Below are positions 9,343 to 18,233 of a stretch of 54,992 bases of DNA, in pieces (position 1 is the first letter of the stretch; the number at the start of each line of letters is the position of its first letter). The DNA is from Bacteroidales bacterium UBA1757. Lineage in GTDB: Bacteria > Bacteroidota > Bacteroidia > Bacteroidales > UBA1402. Below the pieces are notes generated by a model, which ran no database searches, was not told where the DNA came from, and saw only the letters and a program-made list of their open reading frames with translations. A program made the position numbers and the translations under genes. Location of the stretch: contig DCHH01000039.1 in NCBI GenBank assembly GCA_002315625.1, positions 2,651 to 57,642 on the forward strand. The letters run 5' to 3'.

Positions 9343-10239
9343 CTATAATTTTGCGCGAACCATTCTGTCTCGGCCGAAGAGGTCTTTCCTCAGGATGACA
9401 TCGCTATATCCCATCGACTGGAAGAGGCTGACCGTATCGGAACCGAAACGGCTGTTTATTTCCATGTAAATGCATCCTTCCGGGGCAAGTGTCCTGCGCC
9501 CCAGAGCAGCCAGCGCCCGATAGTATTTCAGCGGGTCGTCGTCGGGGACGAACAGAGCCAGCGGGGATTCGTGCTCCAGCACTGTCGGTTCCATGCCGGC
9601 TGATTCCTCCTGACAGATATATGGGGGGTTGCTGACGATGATAGTGAAGCTGGAATTGATATTGGATGCTTCAAACAAATCCTGTTTTTTCACTTCAACC
9701 CTTGCATTGTGCAGGCTTGCATTCTCCTTGGCCAATTCAATGGCTTCGGGCAGAATGTCCCACGCCTCGATTCTGGCATTGGGAAGGTGTGAGGCAAGAC
9801 TCACTGCTATACACCCGCTACCTGTTCCCGCATCGAGTATGCTGAACGACTCTTTGCCAGGAATGGAAGTTGCATCTTTAAGTACCCATTCTACCAGTTC
9901 CTCGGTTTCGGGACGGGGTATGAGAACGGGCGGCCGGACCGTGAAAGTCATCCCGTAAAACTCGCAGGAGCCGATAATGTATTGAACAGGTTCGCCATCC
10001 TGCAGCCGACTGACAGCCTTTTCGAGCAAATCGCGTTGTTGTGGCGGAATTGTTATATCTTTGCCTCTGTAAACGGCGTTGCCGTCTGTATGGCAGAAGG
10101 CCTCGACTAGCATCTTCGAGAGCATCCTGACGGCTGTTTTGTCGTACTGGCCCGACAGACTCTCTGCTATATGGTTCAGAAAGCGTTCCATGGCTTGGTT
10201 TGGGCGTCTATTTATTTTGTTTATATCTATTTTCGGCAA
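9343..10239 (-). CDS. prmC: Peptide chain release factor N5-glutamine methyltransferase
   Basis: SAM-binding ILDAGTGSGCIAV and the catalytic IVSNPPYI (NPPY) motif. An alternative start MERFLNH ends at 10191. Confidence 0.85.
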   Translation of the reverse strand: MPKIDINKINRRPNQAMERFLNHIAESLSGQYDKTAVRMLSKMLVEAFCHTDGNAVYRGKDITIPPQQRDLLEKAVSRLQDGEPVQYIIGSCEFYGMTFTVRPPVLIPRPETEELVEWVLKDATSIPGKESFSILDAGTGSGCIAVSLASHLPNARIEAWDILPEAIELAKENASLHNARVEVKKQDLFEASNINSSFTIIVSNPPYICQEESAGMEPTVLEHESPLALFVPDDDPLKYYRALAALGRRTLAPEGCIYMEINSRFGSDTVSLFQSMGYSDVILRKDLFGRDRMVRAKL

Positions 10240-10244
10240 AGATA

Positions 10245-11219
10245 ATGTTTTTAAATTCTCAAGACAACCATTCGGCTGATAATTTTTTCATGCGGCGGTG
10301 CATCCAGTTGGCTGCCAACGGAGAGGGGCTTACCTGGCCCAATCCGATGGTCGGTGCGGTGGTCGTGTATGATGGCAGGATAATAGGTGAGGGGTGGCAT
10401 CACAAAGCAGGCGAGCCTCATGCCGAACCCAATGCCATCCATAGTGTCAAAGATCAGACATTACTCTGTAAATCAACGCTGTATGTTAGTCTTGAACCCT
10501 GCTCGCATTATGGAAAGACTCCTCCGTGTGCGGACCTGATAATTGAGAAAAGGATTCCCCGGGTTGTTATCGGATGCGCAGACCCATTTCCGTCGGTCTG
10601 CGGACGAGGCATAGAAAAACTGCGCTCTGCCGGTATCGAAGTAAGTGTGGGAGTGGAACAGGAGGAATGTCTTTTGCTGAACCGTCGTTTTTTCACATTT
10701 CATAAATTGCAGCGCCCATACATTGTAATAAAATGGGCACAGACTGAGGACGGGTTTATTGACCATTTACGCACTTCCCCTTCCGAAGCACCACTGAAAT
10801 TGTCGGATGGCTATACCTCATTGTTGGTGCATAAGCTGCGTGCACAGTCGCAATGCATCATGGTGGGAAGCCGCACCCAGTATCTTGACAGCCCGAGACT
10901 TACCGTCCGCAACTGGCCGCTGTACGGTACGCGGCAACCTGAAAAGGCGGTGATGAGCCGTAGTCTCGGAGACCTGAAAACCTACTTGCACGCCCTTTAT
11001 GAAAAGAATGTGCAGTCGATACTCGTGGAGGGAGGAAGTTCGCTGATTGACAGTTTCACCGGGCAGGATTTATGGGATGAACTGCAAGTTGAAACCGCTC
11101 CGTTAGCCATCGGTCAGGGTCATTCTGCACCCAAAATGCCCGATACTGACGGGTGTAGGACTTTTACTTTGAAAACGACCGGGAATCACACTATCACCTC
11201 TTTCGTGAGGATTCCCTGA
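10245..11219 (+). CDS. ribD: Bifunctional riboflavin biosynthesis deaminase/reductase RibD
   Basis: Cytidine-deaminase zinc motifs HAEPNA and EPCSHYGKTPPC, then a reductase half. The ATG at 10245 is preferred over the upstream 10200 start. Confidence 0.9.
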   Translation: MFLNSQDNHSADNFFMRRCIQLAANGEGLTWPNPMVGAVVVYDGRIIGEGWHHKAGEPHAEPNAIHSVKDQTLLCKSTLYVSLEPCSHYGKTPPCADLIIEKRIPRVVIGCADPFPSVCGRGIEKLRSAGIEVSVGVEQEECLLLNRRFFTFHKLQRPYIVIKWAQTEDGFIDHLRTSPSEAPLKLSDGYTSLLVHKLRAQSQCIMVGSRTQYLDSPRLTVRNWPLYGTRQPEKAVMSRSLGDLKTYLHALYEKNVQSILVEGGSSLIDSFTGQDLWDELQVETAPLAIGQGHSAPKMPDTDGCRTFTLKTTGNHTITSFVRIP

Positions 11220-11223
11220 AATC

Positions 11224-11829
11224 TTACAGAAGGCAGAATTCGTAGCCTTTTGACAGGCAGAATTCTATCCACGAGGGAAGGACCAGTTTCAGGTTGTGGA
11301 AGGTCTTGAGCGAGTCGTGGAAGACCACGATTGAGCCGTTTCGGACATAGTGGCAGGCGTTGTACAACACCCTTTCAGGAGGCAGCTTGGGATTGTAGTC
11401 GCGGGTAATCACATCCCATAGGATTATCTTATATTTCTTGCGGATCGCCCTCTTCTGACACAGTTTCATCCAGCCGTGTGGCGGGCGGAAAAGGTCGGTG
11501 TGGAGAATTTCATTGGCTTTCTCAATGTTGTCCAGATAGGCTTGTTTTTCGGTGTGCCAGCCGTTGAGGTGATTGTAGGAATGGTTACCTATCCGGTGTC
11601 CGCCTTGAAGAATCTGTTCATAGACTTCCCTGTTCCTGACAACATTTTCGCCAACGCAAAAAAATGTTGCCTTTATGCCGTAACTGTCCAGAAGATCCAA
11701 TACCCAAGGGGTTACCTCGGGTATCGGACCATCGTCAAAAGTCAGGTAAATTTTCTTTTCCCAATGTGACTTGCGCCATTTCAGGCCGCGCTGATTGCGG
11801 AAAATAGCGGGAATCTGTTCAATGAACAT
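11224..11829 (-). CDS. Polysaccharide deacetylase (NodB-homology) family protein
   Basis: 201 aa. YLTFDDGP (NodB motif 1), HRIGNHSYNH (His-His metal motif) and FRPPHG. Confidence 0.8.
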   Translation of the reverse strand: MFIEQIPAIFRNQRGLKWRKSHWEKKIYLTFDDGPIPEVTPWVLDLLDSYGIKATFFCVGENVVRNREVYEQILQGGHRIGNHSYNHLNGWHTEKQAYLDNIEKANEILHTDLFRPPHGWMKLCQKRAIRKKYKIILWDVITRDYNPKLPPERVLYNACHYVRNGSIVVFHDSLKTFHNLKLVLPSWIEFCLSKGYEFCLL

Positions 11830-11838
11830 CGGATGATA

Positions 11839-14800
11839 TTACATTTCTGTCTGGAACAGCTTGGCGAATTCGTTGAATGCCGGGATGTATGGGGTCGTGA
11901 ACTCACGGTCGTATTCCAGTCCCATCTGAAGCAGGGTCTGCATAACGGAAAGCTGGTAACTGACGAGCTTCACACCGGAGGCAATGTGACGGCTGTCCTG
12001 AGAGAATACCCATTCCAGACCGCTGGTAGCCAGGCCCATGGACTCTGCGAACAAATCTTCGGCCTCTTCCTTCTTGTTCATCTTGAAGTACGACTCAATG
12101 ATTTCAGCGGTTCCTGCAAGACCACCGTCCATGAAATCGACGGGGAACAGTTCCTTGGGGAATACCTCGAAGCAGCGGTCGATAGCCTGCTGGGCCATGT
12201 CGTACTTTCCTTCATTGGTCAGGGCCTTGATAAGGGTACCGAACATCTGTCGCTGGGTGCGGCACATCCTCAGGTTGTTCTCGTCAAGATAAACGTTCGG
12301 GTCTTGAATGTTGCCCCAGCGGAACTTGTTGACCATGTTGTCGAACATCTTCTCAGTGTCGATGTTGCGCTTGACGGGAGCAATCTTATAGACCAGACCT
12401 TCATGGGTGAAGTAGTTCTGGTAGGTGTTCATAAGAGCCGGATCGACGGTAACGGCAAAGTAGAGCGGACGTTTCCATTCTCCTTCCTGAATAAGTTTGA
12501 GCAGCATGATTTCGTGCTTGCCGATATAGGTCTTTCCGCCGAAGTTGAACTGCATATCGGAGACGATGCGGTTAGCGTACTTTTCTTCTACATAGTTGGA
12601 AGCCAGTACTTTATCCTTGTCAATGTGCATATAGAGCTTCTTGGCGGGGATATAGTCGATGTCCTCGGTGTAGCCCGGTACCTTCTTGTAGCGGGAATCA
12701 TTGCTCTCCAGCCACATCATGGCCTGGTCGATGCTGATGGAATCCTGACGGCGCGGAATGAGTCTGGCCACGTCGCGTTTTCCGTTCTTGTACATCGTTT
12801 CATCCCAGTCGAGCGGGAAGGCATCAGACTCGTAGTAGGGACGGAGCATCTGGCCATAGTACCAGTCGGTCTGGAGGTATGACATATTGCAGACACGCAC
12901 GTCGGTTCGGAAGCCCTCAACCTCCTGGATGTACCACAGGGGGAAGGTATCGTTGTCGCCGTTGGTGAAAATGATTGCATTCTCATCGCAGCCAACCAGA
13001 TAGTTGTAGGCGAAGTCACGGCAGGTATAGCGGTCGCTGCGGTCGTGGTCGTCCCAGTTTTCGGATGCCATCAGGGCGGGAACGCCGAGGCAGAGAACGG
13101 TCAGGATGATAGCGGCTACCTTCTCCGGCATAACCTTGCGAAGCAGGGCTACAAGACCCGGTACGGCCAGACCTATCCAGATGCAGAACGCATAGAACGA
13201 CCCGGCGTATGCATAGTCCCGCTCACGGGGCTGGTTGGGAGTCTGGTTCAGGTAAAGGATAATTGCAATACCGGTCATGAAGAAGAGGAAGAAGGTAATC
13301 CAGAAGCCCTGAAGTCCTTTCTTGCCCTTATAGACCTGATACAGCAGGCCGATGACGCCGAGCAGCAGCGGGAGCATGTAGTAGCGGTTGTACCCCTTGT
13401 TCATCTTGAGTTCGTCGGGCATATCTTCCATGTCTCCAACGTGTAACTTGTCGATGAACTTGATACCGGTAATCCAGTTGCCTGCGTGCAGGTCGCCCAT
13501 AGTGCCCTGAATGTCGTTCTGACGGCCGGAGAAGTTCCACATGAAATATCTCCAGTACATGTAGTTGACCTGATAGGAGAAGAAGAAGCGGAGGTTTTCA
13601 GCCATTGTCGGCTTCATTGCAATCTCCGTGTCTCCGCACTTGTTATAGCGGACCTTTTTGCCCTTGAAATGGCTCCAGCTCTTATAGGCATCCACATGGT
13701 CTTCGCGAGAACTGTACATACGCGGGAAGAACATGTTCAGCTCGGGGGCCATGACGGGGCGCTCGTTGTAGCCGGTGATTTCGTAGTGGTCCTTCTCGGA
13801 AGGATCCTTCTTTGCAGACTGGTTCCATACTGCACCACGCTGTTCGTATTGCGGAACGCAGTTGTTGCCCTCGCGCTTCCATTCAATCTGTGAGGCAAAA
13901 GTCTGGCCATAAAGAAGGGGAGTCTCGCCGTACTGCTCACGGTTGAGGTAACGCTCAAGCGAGAACATGTTGTTTGGCGAGTTCTGGTCCATAGGGGGCT
14001 GGGCAGAGGAGCGGATAACGGTGATTCCGTATGAACCGTAGCCAATCAGCATCACCATCAGGCAGAGCAGGGTGGTGTTGACAATGGGGGCGTCGGAGAG
14101 TGTTTTCCACTTGAAGCAGACAAATGCTGCGATGGCAAGCAGGACAATCCACAACCATACTTTATATCCGACAAAAGGAATACCCACGAGGGCGATGTTG
14201 GCAAAGAGGGCGATGCGCATCAGTTTCCCGTTGCCCTGTTTTGTGGTCCACAAACCCCATACGATGGCTGCCGTCATCAGGATGATATAAACGATGGCAC
14301 CGCTGTTGAACGGCATGCCGAAGACGTTGACAAACAGCAGGTCAGCCCATCCGGCCATATTTACGAAGCCCGGCACGATACCGAACAGAATGATGGCCAC
14401 GATGACGAAGGAGCCGAGCAGGGCCCAAATAGCACCCTTGATGGTGGTCTGCTCGTTCTTGCGATAGTAATAGACCAGCACGATGGCGGGAATGCAGAGC
14501 AGGTTGAGCAGGTGCACGCCGATTGAAAGACCTGTCAGGAATGCGATGAATACTATCCAGCGGGCGGAATGCGGTTCGTCGGCGACTTCGTCCCATTTGA
14601 GGATTGCCCAAAAGACCACGGCGGTGAAGAGCGACGAATAGGCATAGACCTCACCTTCGACAGCTGAGAACCAGAAGGTGTCTGAGAAGGTGTAGGCAAG
14701 TGAACCTACCAGACCGGCACCGATTACGGCTATGATTTCGCCGGCGGTGGGGTCATCATTCTTCTTGAAGACGATTTTGCGGGCAATTGCCGTGATGGTC

Positions 14801-15084
14801 CAGAAGAGGAACAGGATTGTCAGGGCGCTGAAAAGTGCTGACATGGCGTTCAGACACTTGGCCACCGTCTCGGGAGATGATGCAAAGTGAGAAGCCATAC
14901 GTCCGGTGAGCATGAAGAACGGTGCTCCCGGCGGATGTCCGACGTCGAACTTGTAGGCTGCTGATATAAACTCGCCACAGTCCCAGAAACTGGCTGTAGG
15001 CTCAATTGTGCTCAGGTAGGTGAAGGCTGCAACGGCAAAGGCCACCCACCCGAAAATGTTGTTGAAAAGTTTGTATTTCCGCAT
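11839..15084 (-). CDS. Large polytopic membrane protein, DUF2723/TMEM260-like GT-C-fold glycosyltransferase candidate
   Basis: About 1080 aa from MRKYKLFNNIFGW (ATG ending at 15084). FWDCGEFI motif, more than 10 predicted TM helices, and a long soluble helical C-terminus. Lies 9 nt upstream of the deacetylase gene. Confidence 0.75.
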   Translation of the reverse strand: MRKYKLFNNIFGWVAFAVAAFTYLSTIEPTASFWDCGEFISAAYKFDVGHPPGAPFFMLTGRMASHFASSPETVAKCLNAMSALFSALTILFLFWTITAIARKIVFKKNDDPTAGEIIAVIGAGLVGSLAYTFSDTFWFSAVEGEVYAYSSLFTAVVFWAILKWDEVADEPHSARWIVFIAFLTGLSIGVHLLNLLCIPAIVLVYYYRKNEQTTIKGAIWALLGSFVIVAIILFGIVPGFVNMAGWADLLFVNVFGMPFNSGAIVYIILMTAAIVWGLWTTKQGNGKLMRIALFANIALVGIPFVGYKVWLWIVLLAIAAFVCFKWKTLSDAPIVNTTLLCLMVMLIGYGSYGITVIRSSAQPPMDQNSPNNMFSLERYLNREQYGETPLLYGQTFASQIEWKREGNNCVPQYEQRGAVWNQSAKKDPSEKDHYEITGYNERPVMAPELNMFFPRMYSSREDHVDAYKSWSHFKGKKVRYNKCGDTEIAMKPTMAENLRFFFSYQVNYMYWRYFMWNFSGRQNDIQGTMGDLHAGNWITGIKFIDKLHVGDMEDMPDELKMNKGYNRYYMLPLLLGVIGLLYQVYKGKKGLQGFWITFFLFFMTGIAIILYLNQTPNQPRERDYAYAGSFYAFCIWIGLAVPGLVALLRKVMPEKVAAIILTVLCLGVPALMASENWDDHDRSDRYTCRDFAYNYLVGCDENAIIFTNGDNDTFPLWYIQEVEGFRTDVRVCNMSYLQTDWYYGQMLRPYYESDAFPLDWDETMYKNGKRDVARLIPRRQDSISIDQAMMWLESNDSRYKKVPGYTEDIDYIPAKKLYMHIDKDKVLASNYVEEKYANRIVSDMQFNFGGKTYIGKHEIMLLKLIQEGEWKRPLYFAVTVDPALMNTYQNYFTHEGLVYKIAPVKRNIDTEKMFDNMVNKFRWGNIQDPNVYLDENNLRMCRTQRQMFGTLIKALTNEGKYDMAQQAIDRCFEVFPKELFPVDFMDGGLAGTAEIIESYFKMNKKEEAEDLFAESMGLATSGLEWVFSQDSRHIASGVKLVSYQLSVMQTLLQMGLEYDREFTTPYIPAFNEFAKLFQTEM

Positions 15085-15236
15085 AGCTGATGCTTGATTT
15101 TGTGCGATGTAAAATATCGCGCGAAGGTACGCAAACCGCAGCAAACTGCCAAACAAATAACGAATGTTGAGAGACATTATGAGTTGTTTGTTGAAATATT
15201 ATTTGTACAATATTTTGCCAATGTAAATTTCGATAT

Positions 15237-15244
15237 TAATTTTG
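15237..15244 (+). promoter_or_regulatory. Bacteroides-type -7 box (TAATTTTG)
   Basis: Matches TAnnTTTG, 20 nt upstream of the ATG at 15265, in an AT-rich divergent intergenic region. Confidence 0.35.
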
Positions 15245-15264
15245 CGCTACTCAAATATTAAGCA

Positions 15265-16158
15265 ATGAAGCGGTATTTTATTTTGGCGTGTTGTTTTCTT
15301 TCCTTTCTGACTGTAAATGGACAAGATATCCAGTCGGGATTGTGGTACTCTGACAGTCGTTCTGTAGGGATGGGAGGGGCCATGATGGCCTCTGGAAATG
15401 ATTTCTTCAGTGTGAATGACTATGACGGACTGACTTCCCGTCAGGATTCCGATGTAATTGAAGGACAGCCAGTTGTATGTACCCATGTTTTATTGAACGG
15501 TCTGTTGCCATATTGTCAGAAGGAGCTGGCAATTCTTACGGCAGGTGCGGTCATTGACTGGAAACAGTATTCCTGGTGGCTGCACGGGGGACTATGTGGA
15601 GCGGGCGAGCAGTTCGTCTCTCTGCTTTTCGGGCAGACTGTCGGACAGTGCCTTCGGTATGTCATCGGGCTGGCGATGTACAGGCTCGATTTTGCAAAAA
15701 TAATGGCTGGAGCCACATTTAATAAAGGTAAAGCAGGTGCACTGATGGCATTCATGGCAGAGGCCGGGGTGTTTTACAGACCGTTGGAAACCCTTCAAAT
15801 CGGTGTCTGGATGGGAAATCCAACCATGACGCATAGGGACAGCCTATATTTCGCAACCGATTATCATCTTGCAGCGGAGTATGATGTCTCTGACAGGTTA
15901 CAGTTAGCCCTTGAGTTGGAGAAGCAGTTACAACATTCGCTGTTTGTCCATGCCGGTATGGAAATGGCAATCTGGCATCCGTCGGATGGCCGCTTGCGCA
16001 TGGACGGCCGTCTTGGGGTACGCTATCCCGATACCGAAGTGTCGGCTGGAATTGGGGTGCTCAGAAGTGGAAAAAAGTCGATACGGATAGATGCAGCAGG
16101 GGTTTGTGACTGGAAACTGGGCTGGTCTTTTGCCCTTTCGGCGGCTTTTGGATTCTGA
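15265..16158 (+). CDS. Hypothetical outer-membrane beta-barrel protein
   Basis: Signal peptide MKRYFILACCFLSFLTVNGQ, an RSVGMGGA motif near the N-terminus (reminiscent of PorV/PorQ/FadL-like barrels; weak), and the terminal aromatic ...SAAFGF. Confidence 0.55.
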   Translation: MKRYFILACCFLSFLTVNGQDIQSGLWYSDSRSVGMGGAMMASGNDFFSVNDYDGLTSRQDSDVIEGQPVVCTHVLLNGLLPYCQKELAILTAGAVIDWKQYSWWLHGGLCGAGEQFVSLLFGQTVGQCLRYVIGLAMYRLDFAKIMAGATFNKGKAGALMAFMAEAGVFYRPLETLQIGVWMGNPTMTHRDSLYFATDYHLAAEYDVSDRLQLALELEKQLQHSLFVHAGMEMAIWHPSDGRLRMDGRLGVRYPDTEVSAGIGVLRSGKKSIRIDAAGVCDWKLGWSFALSAAFGF

Positions 16159-16163
16159 TTAGC

Positions 16164-18230
16164 ATGGATTCGTTATTAATAAGGAGAGTGACGGTGGCAT
16201 TGATTATGCTGTTTGTGTTGCAGATAGCAGTAAAGGCAGACAGTACATCCTGGCGGCTGGAGGACTGGATTGAGCAGGTGGGTCTGGACACCTGGCTGGA
16301 GGAGGCGGACGAGGCACGACAGGAGGAGTTTATCGAGACGCTCAATGCCTTGCACCAGAATCCCATCGACCTGAACAGGGCTTCGTGGGAAGAACTGAAT
16401 ATGATTCCGTTTCTCACGGCTCTGCAGGTCGATCGTCTGGCTACCTATCTGTATTATCATGTGCCTTTGACCTCTTTGCAGGAGTTGCTGATTGTCGAGG
16501 GGTGGGGGCAGGAGGCTTTCCGCCGGGTAGAGCCTTTTGTGTGCCTCAGTCCGCTTGACCGGCAGCCGGACCGCACCCCGGAGTACAAGGAAACCTTCCG
16601 CGACTGGGTGAGCAAGGGGCACAGCACAGTGCGTCTGAAGCTATCGTCAACCCTGCAACACAAGGCAGGTTATGCAGACAGTGATTCGCTTCGGGAATTG
16701 TCGAAAGCCTATCTTGGCAATCCGCTAAGTGCTTCTGCCAGATTTCTTTATAAATACGGCAAGCATCTGACGTGGGGTATCTCGGCGGAAAAAGACCGGG
16801 GTGAAAAGGGGGTTGATTTTGTAACGGGTCATGCACAGGTCCGGGAAGTCGGAATTTTGAACAATCTTGTCATTGGTGACTATAAAATAGCAGCAGGTCA
16901 GGGACTTATCCTGTCGTCTGGAATATTCGGAGGCAAGACGATGTCGGCCTCCCAGCAGCATGCTTCCGAGGTCTTTTTCAAGCCCCATACCTCCACGTCG
17001 GAAAGCGGCTTCCAGCGGGGTGTGGGTGTGGAACTGGCTTCTCACAACAAACGTTGGAGGGGGGCTGGATTTGTCTCGTACCGTCGTATTGACACAAGCC
17101 GCGAGGGTGACACGTTCACCTCCATAAAGACTGACGGCTTCCACTCAACCGTGAGTGACACAATCAAGAAGGGGAACACGAAGCAGTTGCTTACTGGAGG
17201 GCGGCTAAGGTATGCAGGGGAAAAACTCCAGTTGGCCGTCAATGCTCTCTATTTCCGTATGGACGGCTATTGGCAACCCGAGGAAAAGCCCTACAACCTT
17301 TTCTATTTCAGGGGAAATGAGGGATGGAATGCTTCTGTTGATGTCCGTTTGCTCTTGGGCGGATGGCTTTTTTCGGGCGAACTGGCCACTGGTACGGGCA
17401 ATGGAATGGCTGGTATCGTGCAGGTAAGCCGACAGTTGCACCCAAAAGTGGATGCTTTTTTCTCGGCCCGTGTCTATGCACCGCAATATCAGGCCCCTTT
17501 CGGCTCGGCTTTCGGGGTGAACGGTTCGACTGCAAATGAAAACGGTATCTATGCCCAGGTGGATTGCCGTCTGATACCCTTTGTGGAAATCGTCTCCTAT
17601 CTTGATTACTATTATTTTCCGTGGCTGAAGTACCGCGTCAACCGTCCTTCAGAAGGATTGGATTTCGGCATTGAGGCTACTTGGTCCCCTTCGAGGAATT
17701 TTCAGTGTGCACTGCGCTATAGGATGAAGCGTGGGGAGGAAAACCTTCCGACTGGGAGTGTGGTGGGAATCGTCCCGTTGCAGACCACTTGCAAACGTCA
17801 GATAAAGGCCCAGCTGACATACTCTTTTCATGATATCCGTCTAAAGACAACTCTCAATGGAAACCGGTACAATCAGGGCGGTGAGGAACCTTCTTGGGGC
17901 TTTTCACTTTCTCAGGATGTCCGCTTTGCACGAGAGGAGTATCCCCTGTCGGCAGCCTGCCAATGGAGTCTGTTTGACGCAGACAGCTATGACAACAGAT
18001 TGTATGTCTCAGGGCCGGACCTTGCCGGGACTATGCCTTTCTCGTCGGTATATGGCCGGGGTGGGAGACTCTCTTTGCTGCTCTGCTGGAATATCAGTAA
18101 AAGCCTCAAATGGGATATCGTCTTGAAACATACAGTCTATGAAGACCGCGAAACTATCGGAACCGGTCTTGAAACCATTGAGGGGAACCGCAGTACATAC
18201 GTTGGTACGGCACTGAGAATCAAGATTTGA
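16164..18230 (+). CDS. ComEA-like helix-hairpin-helix domain fused to a large predicted beta-barrel
   Basis: 688 aa with a signal peptide (...LQIAVKA). The IDLNRASWEELNMIPFLTALQVDRLATYL...LQELLIVEGWGQEAFRRVEPFV segment aligns with the ComEA HhH tandem. About 550 aa of amphipathic strands follow. Confidence 0.65.
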   Translation: MDSLLIRRVTVALIMLFVLQIAVKADSTSWRLEDWIEQVGLDTWLEEADEARQEEFIETLNALHQNPIDLNRASWEELNMIPFLTALQVDRLATYLYYHVPLTSLQELLIVEGWGQEAFRRVEPFVCLSPLDRQPDRTPEYKETFRDWVSKGHSTVRLKLSSTLQHKAGYADSDSLRELSKAYLGNPLSASARFLYKYGKHLTWGISAEKDRGEKGVDFVTGHAQVREVGILNNLVIGDYKIAAGQGLILSSGIFGGKTMSASQQHASEVFFKPHTSTSESGFQRGVGVELASHNKRWRGAGFVSYRRIDTSREGDTFTSIKTDGFHSTVSDTIKKGNTKQLLTGGRLRYAGEKLQLAVNALYFRMDGYWQPEEKPYNLFYFRGNEGWNASVDVRLLLGGWLFSGELATGTGNGMAGIVQVSRQLHPKVDAFFSARVYAPQYQAPFGSAFGVNGSTANENGIYAQVDCRLIPFVEIVSYLDYYYFPWLKYRVNRPSEGLDFGIEATWSPSRNFQCALRYRMKRGEENLPTGSVVGIVPLQTTCKRQIKAQLTYSFHDIRLKTTLNGNRYNQGGEEPSWGFSLSQDVRFAREEYPLSAACQWSLFDADSYDNRLYVSGPDLAGTMPFSSVYGRGGRLSLLLCWNISKSLKWDIVLKHTVYEDRETIGTGLETIEGNRSTYVGTALRIKI

Positions 18231-18233
18231 GCG

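Noticed and set aside
10192-10244. Possible FMN riboswitch upstream of ribD.
   Set aside because: At most about 50 nt separate ribD from the divergent prmC start. That is far too short for an FMN aptamer, and no conserved FMN-element sequence was seen.
11833-12882. 349-aa plus-strand ORF antisense to the DUF2723-like gene. Similar long antisense ORFs occur at 19065-19793, 24542-25387, 26551-27732, 33806-34594, 39418-40473 and 48398-49414.
   Set aside because: All lie fully inside strongly supported genes on the opposite strand. They have V/G/H/L/D-rich, motif-less sequences with no signal peptides or promoters. This is the typical stop-poor antisense frame of codon-biased genes.
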